DNA of 64,000 nucleotides. Source: an uncultured virus (IMG/VR IMGVR_UViG_2795385499_000003). Taxonomy: Duplodnaviria; Heunggongvirae; Uroviricota; Caudoviricetes. The notes under the pieces were generated by a model, which was not told the origin of the DNA, did no database searches, and worked only from the letters and a program-made list of their open reading frames with translations. Positions 37,350 through 45,148 of the stretch are shown in pieces. The stretch lies in the IMG/VR virus record IMGVR_UViG_2795385499_000003; one strand, written 5' to 3'. A program made the position numbers and the translations under genes. The stretch's first letter is position 1; the number at the start of each line of letters is the position of its first letter.

Positions 37350-38502
37350 CATGCCAGAATATCTTATCAGCGTAGAGCTCATAGGCTTTACGCTGCTCTT
37401 CTAACCAGTCGTGCTTGTTGTATACCGCCATCACCCCGCCCAGTTCATGCCCCAGCATCTTCTCCGTAACATGAGGCATCACCCCTTCGCTGGATAAATT
37501 AGTCACAAGGGAGCGCCGGAAATCATGAGTGCGCCATTCGGGTATTTCAATCCCGCTGCGTAACTTCTTCATGTAGAGGTTAGATGACGATCTGTCTATC
37601 GCCTTATCTAACTCCTGCCCCGGAAAAAGCACGTTATTTTTTGTGGCCAGCAGCTGCTCGATGTAAGGCCTCACCTGTTCGAATATTGGGCGCCGAATAA
37701 CATTCCCCATCTTCGAATGTGCGGCCGGCGTGGTCCAAATCAGGTCGTCCATATTGAACTCTGACGCCGTTGCCAAGCGTAGTTCTGATAGCCTCGCACC
37801 CCAAAGCAACAGCAGCTGATGAAGCACGCGGTTTGAGGTCACGATTTTGCTGTTATCAAGCGCCAGCCAGATTTTTGCAAGCTCGGTATAAGTCAGCACG
37901 CGATCACCTACATCAGGCTTTTTCCCGATGTTTTTCACGCTTAGCTTTGTGAGTTCACATGAGGGAATCAGCTGCCGGCTGATGCACCAGTTGATGACAG
38001 ATCTCAGCTGAAGCAAAAGAACGCGCGCCTTTTTCTTATTTAGCTTTTCCTGCTTATCGAAGAACAGGACCCATTGTGAGACAGGAACATTGGCCACAGG
38101 CATATCTTTAAATTCTGTGTACATGGTGTTGTACACGACGGATTTGTACAAGATGCGGGTGTTTTGTTTTAGCCCTTCGACGTACTTTTCCCACCACTGA
38201 TCGAGACACTCCTGAAGCGTCAGCTCACCCTTACTACTGGCAAAGTAGGTTTTAGGGTGGATGCCCTTCGTGTACAATCCGCGCATCTCGCCGACAATGA
38301 CGCGCGCGTCTTTGAGTGTGGTTCCCGGATAGCGGCCAACAGTGAGGCGTACAGGCTTGCCGTTCCAGCGAAAACGGAACTGAAATGAGATCGTGCCGGT
38401 AGGTGTAATGCGTGCGCTCAGACCATCCCCATCGGTTACTTCAGCTGGGCCGGTATAGGGTTTGCCGTTAATGCTTCTGAGTTTGGTATCGCTGAGCGCC
38501 AC
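37333..38502 (-). CDS. int: Prophage tyrosine integrase
   Basis: Arm-binding ALSDTKLR...DGDGL; R (GARLSE), HDFRR, LGH, catalytic Y (AVYN); GTG start 38502. Confidence 0.95.
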   Translation of the reverse strand: MALSDTKLRSINGKPYTGPAEVTDGDGLSARITPTGTISFQFRFRWNGKPVRLTVGRYPGTTLKDARVIVGEMRGLYTKGIHPKTYFASSKGELTLQECLDQWWEKYVEGLKQNTRILYKSVVYNTMYTEFKDMPVANVPVSQWVLFFDKQEKLNKKKARVLLLQLRSVINWCISRQLIPSCELTKLSVKNIGKKPDVGDRVLTYTELAKIWLALDNSKIVTSNRVLHQLLLLWGARLSELRLATASEFNMDDLIWTTPAAHSKMGNVIRRPIFEQVRPYIEQLLATKNNVLFPGQELDKAIDRSSSNLYMKKLRSGIEIPEWRTHDFRRSLVTNLSSEGVMPHVTEKMLGHELGGVMAVYNKHDWLEEQRKAYELYADKIFWHVKQLG

Positions 38503-38697
38503 TACCTTATGTCCTGTACACATTGGTCTAACGCATTCTGTACTCAATGTGTACGCAAAGGCAAGTGAACGAACCTATTTCAAGATGGTTTACATTGAAA
38601 CAAAGTAAGATGAAGTGAAAGGTAAAGGTTGTTAAAAACTCAGGTTTTCCGGTAGTATAGAAACCAGTTCGAACATCGTTGAACTCGTCGAAACGAT

Positions 38698-38772
38698 GTC
38701 CCCTTAGTTAAATGGATATAACGAGCCCCTCCTAAGGGCTAGTTGCAGGTTCGATTCCTGCAGGGGACACCA
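38698..38772 (+). tRNA. argW: tRNA-Arg (anticodon CCT)
   Basis: 75-nt cloverleaf GTCCCCT...AGGGGACACCA; anticodon arm AGCCC-CTCCTAA-GGGCT; GTTCGATTC T-loop; encoded CCA. Confidence 0.97.
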
Positions 38773-38885
38773 TTCGAACATCTCCCACCGTCTTCTCAAG
38801 TCTACAAAACCCAGTAAATACAGCCACCCTAGCCCAAACTCATTATCTCAACGTCTATTAACGTCTATTGAAATCTACTCACACA

Positions 38886-38905
38886 TGGGGGTACATTTGG
38901 GGGTA
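38886..38905 (+). repeat. Integrase arm-type site (left)
   Basis: TGGGGGTACATTTGGGGGTA, 19/20 identical to 60039-60058. Confidence 0.8.
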
Positions 38906-38938
38906 GATGCCTGTTCAATGAAAAGAGATACCCCCAAT

Positions 38939-40153
38939 ATGAAACTCAACGCCCGCCAGGTGGATACTGCCAAGGGAAAGGATAAGCCTTATAAGCTCTC
39001 TGATGGCGGTGGCCTGTATCTACTGGTTAACCCCAATGGCTCCCGTTACTGGCGACTAAAGTACCGTGCTGCAGGCAAAGAAAAGCTTCTGGCCGTCGGG
39101 GTATATCCTGATGTGTCACTTGCTGATGCGCGAAGAAAGCGCGACGAAGCAAAAAAGGTGATCGCTGCTGGTGGCGATCCGGGGGTATTAAAGCAGGAAG
39201 AAAAGCGAGAGAAGGAGCGGGCTGTCGTAACTACTTTCAAATCGGTGGCTTTAGAATGGCACGCTTATAAATCTGCCAAGTGGACGGAAGAGTATGCCGA
39301 TTCAATGCTGGCATGTCTTGAAATGGACGTATTCCCTTTTATTGGTAGAGCAGATATTACCAGCCTTACCCCTACCGATATGCTTGGTGTGCTGCAAAGG
39401 ATGGAAGCGCGCAACGTTCTTCACAAGCTGAAAAAAGTCAGGCAGGCGTGTAAGCAGATTTACACCTTTGCCATCATTACTGGCAAGGCTCAGCTAAACC
39501 CGGTTTCTGACTTGTCTGGAGCGCTGCTAACTCCAAAACAAAACCACTTCCCTCACCTTAACGTTGACCAGATGCCGGCATTCCTATCCTCGTTAAATGA
39601 TTACAGCGGTAGTTTGCTGACTCGTAACGGCGCACGTTTGTTGATGCTCACCGGATTGCGTACGATTGAGCTACGCGCCTCAGAGTGGACCGATATCGAT
39701 TTCGAAAAAGGCGTCTGGCAGATCCCCGCCGAACGAATGAAGATGAGACGCCCTCACCTTGTACCCCTTTCCAGGCAAGCTAAATCACTCTTAGAAGAAA
39801 TCCACCAGCTCACCGGGCGTGGGAAGTATGTCTTTCCTGGCAGAAACGATGCCGGGAAGCCAATGAGTGAGGCCAGCATCAATCAGGTGATCAAACGTAT
39901 CGGGTATGACGGCAAAGCCACCGGGCATGGTTTCCGGCACACCATGAGTACCATCCTGCACGAACAGGGATACAACACAGCTTGGATTGAAACGCAGCTT
40001 GCTCACGTTGATAAAAACAGCATTCGCGGCACCTACAACCACGCCCAATATCTGGACGGACGCAGGGAAATGCTTCAATGGTATGCCGACTATATGGATG
40101 CGCTGGAAAAGGGTGAAAATGTGGTTCATGGCACGTTTGGTAAGCGAGCGTAA
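38939..40153 (+). CDS. int: P4-family tyrosine integrase
   Basis: MKLNARQV..AK...KPYKL.DGGGLYL; TGLRT.E, HGFRH, QLAH, YNHA.Y. Confidence 0.96.
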   Translation: MKLNARQVDTAKGKDKPYKLSDGGGLYLLVNPNGSRYWRLKYRAAGKEKLLAVGVYPDVSLADARRKRDEAKKVIAAGGDPGVLKQEEKREKERAVVTTFKSVALEWHAYKSAKWTEEYADSMLACLEMDVFPFIGRADITSLTPTDMLGVLQRMEARNVLHKLKKVRQACKQIYTFAIITGKAQLNPVSDLSGALLTPKQNHFPHLNVDQMPAFLSSLNDYSGSLLTRNGARLLMLTGLRTIELRASEWTDIDFEKGVWQIPAERMKMRRPHLVPLSRQAKSLLEEIHQLTGRGKYVFPGRNDAGKPMSEASINQVIKRIGYDGKATGHGFRHTMSTILHEQGYNTAWIETQLAHVDKNSIRGTYNHAQYLDGRREMLQWYADYMDALEKGENVVHGTFGKRA

Positions 40154-40893
40154 AAACACTGGAAAAGTAAACAGTAGTGATCTATATTGCACATCAGTAG
40201 ATGATTTATTGTTCTTTAAAAGCTCGCTCTGAGTAAGAGCTTTGTTCTTTAAAAAAGGCTTTAGCCTACGTCGTTGAAAAACGAATCGTGTTTTCGTGAA
40301 TATGACTTCAAACGTTCATCACTTCGCTCTTTTATAATCTGAATTCTTTGCCTAATGCCGAAAAGGTGTCTGGCCAAATCCATGAATATCGTTTTGTATG
40401 TTAAATATGGGTTTAGACGCTTCTTCATGCTGCAAAGAATTTAGGCTCTTTTAAAGCCGCGGCACTCCGGAATACCGGAAAGATCATCGAAATATGATCA
40501 ATGTTCACCCGATAATGGGCAAGGACAGTAATAATGGCACTGTCAGAACATAGCCATGCACTTTAAAATCATGCGCCCGCTCTCCGCCCTTCTGGAGACT
40601 CCATTTGTTATCGGAGAGGGTATTAGTTCTTCAAAATATGGCGCACATTTATGAAACCCTTTGGTTTCATTTATACAAGCTGCTGCCAAATGGTTTGGGA
40701 TGTTTCGTCCCTTCGTATAATAGCTACCGCAATCGGTAACTAATCAGCATTAGTCGCCAAAAATCAATCTAAATCAATAAATTACCGCACATGTTTATCA
40801 TGTTGTGGCTTTTACCATTTATAAAATCTGGAAATAAAAAAGCCCTTTCTTATTAGATGGGGCTTTTTTTATGCCCAAAGAAAAGGAAATGTC

Positions 40894-41097
40894 ATGACTC
40901 CATCTAAAAAGTTAGTTCGTCTATCAGAGGTTTTAAGTAGAACTGGTTACAGCCGAGCATGGATTTATAAACTTATTTCACAAGGCCGTTTCCCTCCATC
41001 AGTAAAGATTGGTTCGCGCTCAATTGCCTTCGTCGAAAGTGAGATAGATGAGTGGATTGATCAGCGCATCGCTGATTCACGTGATGAGGTAGCCTGA
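40894..41097 (+). CDS. alpA: AlpA-family regulator/excisionase
   Basis: RL.EV..RTGYSRAWIY.LI..G.FP..VKIG.R.IAF.ESEIDEWI. Confidence 0.93.
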   Translation: MTPSKKLVRLSEVLSRTGYSRAWIYKLISQGRFPPSVKIGSRSIAFVESEIDEWIDQRIADSRDEVA

Positions 41098-41516
41098 TGG
41101 AAATGAAAAACCGCCAATTACAGGCGGCTAATCAGGATGGTGACAGCCCTGATATTAAGCCAGCCAAAATCATTAAGCCATCACCCAAGAAACACCGAGC
41201 TCGCGTCTACATGATGCGCACGGGCGTTAACGGCTTCACTGAGAATGAGATCCTCCGTTATTGCCGCTTGTCCAGCGCTAGAAACTATGCGACTGAGCTG
41301 GAAAGAAGGCTTGATATACGCCTAGAGCGCCTCGACGAGCCCAATGGCGACGGCATTGGTAGCCACTTCCGCTATCGCATTACCTGCCGCGCCGACGTGA
41401 TGCGAGTGATTCAGCTAGTTAATCAAAACGCTGCCGCTGGTGGGTATACCGGTCTTTCCACGCTCGAGGTTAACGACATTCTTTCTCTCTACCCTGACGC
41501 ATTCAACGCCGCTTAA
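41097..41516 (+). CDS. Conserved satellite hypothetical (winged-helix-like) protein
   Basis: TENEIL..CRLSS.RNY.TELER, GIG.H.RY; coupled to alpA. Confidence 0.65.
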   Translation: MEMKNRQLQAANQDGDSPDIKPAKIIKPSPKKHRARVYMMRTGVNGFTENEILRYCRLSSARNYATELERRLDIRLERLDEPNGDGIGSHFRYRITCRADVMRVIQLVNQNAAAGGYTGLSTLEVNDILSLYPDAFNAA

Positions 41517-41528
41517 CGGAGCCTAAAA

Positions 41529-42338
41529 ATGAGAACTGAAAAAAGCAGATTAATTTCTGAGGCCTCCCCTCAACCCACCACCAGCATCAACGATATTTCT
41601 GGCAACGACTTTGCCGCTATTGTCCCGGTGATTCCCGGCCAGATTGGCGGACGAGAAAGCAATATTGTGAGCGGAACATCGTTACATAAAGCGCTGGGGG
41701 TAGAAACCAGAATGACCGACTGGATCAAGCGCCGCATCAGTGAGTATGGATTTAAGGAGGGTACGGATTACATCATTGCTGAAACTTTGCGCTCCTCAAA
41801 TTTGAGTAGCTCAAAATCTCGCCGACAAGTCAGCCATGAATATTTGACCACGTTGAATATGGCCAAAGAGCTGGCAATGGTAGAGCGCAGCGAGCAGGGT
41901 CGCGCCGTGCGCCGTTACTTCATCCAGTGTGAAGAGGCATTACAGCTCAGCGTGCCGGAAATTGCCGCACAGTATCGCCGCCAGCTTAAAGCTCGCCTGA
42001 GTGCCGCGAATATGTTTAAACCGATGTGCGCCGCTCTGGATGCTGCCCGTGCTGAACAGGGTAAACAGACTTTACACCGTCATTACAGCAACGAAAGCAA
42101 CATGATTGCCCGCATCGTGCTGGGTGGACTAACAGCCAAACAGTGGGCGCAGGTTAACGGAATAGATGGTGAGCCACGTGACGGCATGAATTCTGCCCAG
42201 CTCGAGCACCTAACCTATCTCGAAAGCACCAACATCACGCTGATTGATATGGGCATGGCATACGACCAACGCAAAGCAGAACTAATGCGGCTTTCTCAGC
42301 GTTGGTTGTCCAAACGTCTGGAGGCTGCACATGACTAA
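41529..42338 (+). CDS. AntA/AntB antirepressor family protein
   Basis: LH..LGV.....WI..RI..YGF.EG.DY, MAKELAMVER...GR..RRYFI.CE. Confidence 0.88.
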   Translation: MRTEKSRLISEASPQPTTSINDISGNDFAAIVPVIPGQIGGRESNIVSGTSLHKALGVETRMTDWIKRRISEYGFKEGTDYIIAETLRSSNLSSSKSRRQVSHEYLTTLNMAKELAMVERSEQGRAVRRYFIQCEEALQLSVPEIAAQYRRQLKARLSAANMFKPMCAALDAARAEQGKQTLHRHYSNESNMIARIVLGGLTAKQWAQVNGIDGEPRDGMNSAQLEHLTYLESTNITLIDMGMAYDQRKAELMRLSQRWLSKRLEAAHD

Positions 42339-42510
42339 ACCAACCAGCCAACCAGAACCCAATCAGCGTTATCAGGACGCCAGCGGCGCCATAGTGAAAG
42401 TACACAGTGTGCTATCTAATCGCGTGACGTTCTATAGGACCGGGTATGAGTCTCCATGCACATACTCAGTTGAGCGTTTCATCCGGGAGTTCACGGAGGT
42501 GGCTCAATGA
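42331..42510 (+). CDS. DUF4222 protein (59 aa; not in track)
   Basis: P.PNQRYQD..G..V.V......RVTF.R.GY..PC......F.REF. Confidence 0.7.
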   Translation: MTKPTSQPEPNQRYQDASGAIVKVHSVLSNRVTFYRTGYESPCTYSVERFIREFTEVAQ

Positions 42511-43223
42511 ATGCTGCGTCATGGTGTGGATCACAGCTGCGTGCAAAGCCGCATTTGGGCTTAGCCAAACTTAGCCAGACCTTAACCAATCTTAACGGCT
42601 ACTCAGCCATAGATTCGGCTGAAAACCTGTCAAAACCTGACATGCCGAGCCGTAAGACATGGTCTTACGTTAGTTATGCCTGCTATCACAATCCGTCAAA
42701 AAACAGCTTGCTCAGGTCACAATATTCGGACTATGCTCAACCTTCACCGGCAAAATCCGGTGACAGGATTGGCGTCCTGGTTATGTTATCGGCGACATAT
42801 GACGCGCCTAGCGTCTTTTTTTATGTCGTTAATCTAACTCACCCATTTTTCAGCGATGCGGTTATAATCCGTGCCGCTCACGAAGTAATGGTGGGCTGGA
42901 TGGGGGCGGAGAAATCCGCGCCGGTTTCCGATAACGCCGGTTACGCCAACCCTGTTCAGTCCACCACCAGTGAAATTGGCGTTTCCGGTGGTGGTATCAA
43001 ATACCAGTTATCGGAGGCTGCCATCATGGCTACTGCCCTCACCCAAGTCACACCCAATTTTGAGTTTCGTTTTCTGGCTCTGTCACGCGCTGACATGAAG
43101 GCCAAGCCTTGCCGCGTATCTGTTGAGGCCATCAGCGAGAAAGAAGCTCGCCGCGTTCTGGCCCCTCATTTCATCCTGTCATTAGCCGCACGCCTGCCAG
43201 TTCAGGAGGTGGCGCATGTTTAA
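42507..43223 (+). CDS. Ash/Eta-like ORF spanning the immunity region
   Basis: AKSG.RIG, MVGWMGA.K.APV...GYANP motifs. Confidence 0.6.
   Translation: MNAASWCGSQLRAKPHLGLAKLSQTLTNLNGYSAIDSAENLSKPDMPSRKTWSYVSYACYHNPSKNSLLRSQYSDYAQPSPAKSGDRIGVLVMLSATYDAPSVFFYVVNLTHPFFSDAVIIRAAHEVMVGWMGAEKSAPVSDNAGYANPVQSTTSEIGVSGGGIKYQLSEAAIMATALTQVTPNFEFRFLALSRADMKAKPCRVSVEAISEKEARRVLAPHFILSLAARLPVQEVAHV
42889..42966 (+). ncRNA. C4/CI-type antisense immunity RNA
   Basis: Cloverleaf TGGTGGGCTGGA...TTCAGTCCACCA; loop ACGCCAA complementary to TTGGCGT at 42769 and 42976; loop CCGATAAC complementary to GTTATCGG at 42785 and 43007. Confidence 0.85.
43026..43223 (+). CDS. icd: Icd/Kil-like host cell division inhibitor
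   Basis: GGAGG SD overlapped by antisense target; F.F.AL.R...A.SE.EARR.L......AARLP. Confidence 0.75.
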   Translation: MATALTQVTPNFEFRFLALSRADMKAKPCRVSVEAISEKEARRVLAPHFILSLAARLPVQEVAHV

Positions 43224-43425
43224 TCCCGTTTATGAAATTACCCTCAAGCAAGCCGCCGAGCGTGCTCACCAGGCAGAAATTATCTCCCGCTTAATCGAAC
43301 TCAGCTCAGACGAGATCGGGGAAGGTGATTTAACAGCAATTTCAACACTGTTGCGCCAACTTACAGGTGACGTGGCCGCGTTTCTCGTTGAAATGGTTGC
43401 TGAAGAGGAGAGCCGCAATGCGTAA
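43216..43425 (+). CDS. Satellite hypothetical protein
   Basis: Overlapping start/stop chain with GGAGG SD. Confidence 0.65.
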   Translation: MFNPVYEITLKQAAERAHQAEIISRLIELSSDEIGEGDLTAISTLLRQLTGDVAAFLVEMVAEEESRNA

Positions 43426-43591
43426 CCCGATCGAACTCATTGACGCCATGAATAAAATCGAGAGCCTGGTCATTGCTGCGCAGTTCCTCACATCAAATGA
43501 CGACGAGCGTAAAACGCAAAGCGAGCTGCTGAACATCATCGAAGATATTGCCCGAAATGCTCAAAAGAGCCTGGAGGGTGACCATGCGTAG
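43418..43591 (+). CDS. Satellite hypothetical protein
   Basis: ATG 43418, GAGGAG SD, coupled. Confidence 0.6.
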   Translation: MRNPIELIDAMNKIESLVIAAQFLTSNDDERKTQSELLNIIEDIARNAQKSLEGDHA

Positions 43592-43763
43592 TTACTTCCA
43601 GATTCAAGCGCGCGGACTCAACCGCCGTGGCGATACCGTAGCGATAAATTATCAGGTGATTACCTCCTCAAGCGCTTATGCCAAAGCCCACGCGCTGAAA
43701 AAAGCACGCCTTGATGGGCTGAAGCAACCTCACATCAGTCATGCACGGGAGGTGTTGGCATGA
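43584..43763 (+). CDS. Satellite hypothetical protein
   Basis: ATG 43584, GGAGG SD, coupled. Confidence 0.6.
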   Translation: MRSYFQIQARGLNRRGDTVAINYQVITSSSAYAKAHALKKARLDGLKQPHISHAREVLA

Positions 43764-43945
43764 AAGCACAGTTAATCGAATTAAGTGACGTTATGTGCCG
43801 CATCCAGCAAGCCCAAACAGTGCTTACTGTCTGGCTGAAAACAATGACCACAGATGATGGCCTCGTGCCCGATATGGTTGATTCCGTTCTCACGATTCTG
43901 GACGGCTTGCCTGACGCTATTGCTCAGCAGATGGAGGAAAAGTAA
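43760..43945 (+). CDS. Satellite hypothetical protein
   Basis: ATGA overlap, GGAGG SD. Confidence 0.6.
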   Translation: MKAQLIELSDVMCRIQQAQTVLTVWLKTMTTDDGLVPDMVDSVLTILDGLPDAIAQQMEEK

Positions 43946-44172
43946 TGGCTATTTCATTCGCTGAAATTGACTCACAGGCCGCCAATCTGAAGAAGGCACG
44001 CGCCGTTCTATCAATCCTGCTTGAGACGATGCCAGGCAACGACGTTAACGAGGATTACACCTGGCTCATCAATCTCGCCCACGGCACCGTTCACGACACC
44101 ATTAAGGCGCTGGAGGCAGCAGTTGATGCCGATCTTAATTCTCGTGGTAAAGGAGCGCCGGCCAAACCATGA
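43945..44172 (+). CDS. Satellite hypothetical protein
   Basis: TAATG overlap, GGAGG SD. Confidence 0.6.
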   Translation: MAISFAEIDSQAANLKKARAVLSILLETMPGNDVNEDYTWLINLAHGTVHDTIKALEAAVDADLNSRGKGAPAKP

Positions 44173-44780
44173 ATAACATTCTTAAATTCTCGAAAATGCC
44201 GGAGAAATCCGGCTCTTTCTCAGCCGAGGCCACCCCTGATGGGGTGCGCATTGGCAGCCGGCTTATAGGTTTCTCATCCATCATTCGACAATTGGATGAA
44301 GGGCGCTTCGATAAGCCGATTTCGGAGGGTTTTGGTGTGATTGCCGAGTTATCTCTTGCTGAAATCCGTGGCTGGTTTCAACCCAGCATAGAGCAGCAGG
44401 TTAACGTCTGGCGCTGGATGGTGGCAGGCGTATTTATCGTTGAGCAGATGCAAGCCAATGGCACCGTCGAAGTGGATCAGGGTGACGGCACAACGGCTTA
44501 TGCGGTGCGTTACGTGGGTGAGCATGGTGGCATCGTAGTTTATCCGGCAACCGAGCGATTCTCTCTGACGAGAAATATTGAGGAACTGGCGTTTGAGCAG
44601 TTCACCCATGACAACCCTCACCAGAAAGCCCTGATGATTTACCAATCCATGCTGGAAGCAGCCCCAGATGGCGGCATGACGTTATCCACGTGGGGCCGTG
44701 ATGCTATGACAATGCTCCACGACGGATTTATCGAAATGCTGAATACCGAAGGTATGCCAGCCGCACCGATAGCGCACTAA
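44169..44780 (+). CDS. Satellite hypothetical protein
   Basis: 203-aa ORF in coupled operon. Confidence 0.7.
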   Translation: MNNILKFSKMPEKSGSFSAEATPDGVRIGSRLIGFSSIIRQLDEGRFDKPISEGFGVIAELSLAEIRGWFQPSIEQQVNVWRWMVAGVFIVEQMQANGTVEVDQGDGTTAYAVRYVGEHGGIVVYPATERFSLTRNIEELAFEQFTHDNPHQKALMIYQSMLEAAPDGGMTLSTWGRDAMTMLHDGFIEMLNTEGMPAAPIAH

Positions 44781-44791
44781 GGGAGATAGTC

Positions 44792-45148
44792 ATGACAATT
44801 ATCACTAAAAACTTCCGACTTAATGCGCTGGCCAACCAGTATTCAGCGGCCATTTATAACCATGTCAGGCAGCTGAACGGGGGCGACTGGTTCCCGATGG
44901 AAATCAGCGGGCGGAGGATTGAGGTTGCTATTGTGGATGGTTCATCCGGTATCAGGTTGCTGGTGGACAGCTTTCTGCTGGAGGCATTGAAGCAGGAACA
45001 TCCACGCTGGGAGGCTCTGGCTGTCAATCTGTTGCCCCTCTGTATAGAGGGCGCCGAACTGAGCGAGCGAGGGGAAAATATCTGGCAAGGCATGATTAAC
45101 GACATGAGCGCCACCCTCTCGAATAAAGGGAGTAACTTCAATGCGTAA
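44792..45148 (+). CDS. Satellite hypothetical protein preceding primase
   Basis: 118-aa ORF overlapping primase start. Confidence 0.7.
   Translation: MTIITKNFRLNALANQYSAAIYNHVRQLNGGDWFPMEISGRRIEVAIVDGSSGIRLLVDSFLLEALKQEHPRWEALAVNLLPLCIEGAELSERGENIWQGMINDMSATLSNKGSNFNA

Larger units (their letters stand above)
1..38697. mobile_element. SfV-like temperate prophage (HK97-type head, Mu-like contractile tail) abutting the 5' side of tRNA-Arg; left boundary outside window
   Basis: Complete colinear int-xis-cI/cro-rep-Q-lysis-HNH-terS/L-portal-protease-capsid-sheath/tube-TMP-baseplate-fibre order; no second tRNA fragment seen in 1-1600. Confidence 0.93.

Noticed and set aside
40154..40893. Defence cargo expected between int and alpA
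   Set aside because: No ORF of 60 aa or more and no recognisable remnant; only a terminator-like hairpin at 40836-40870
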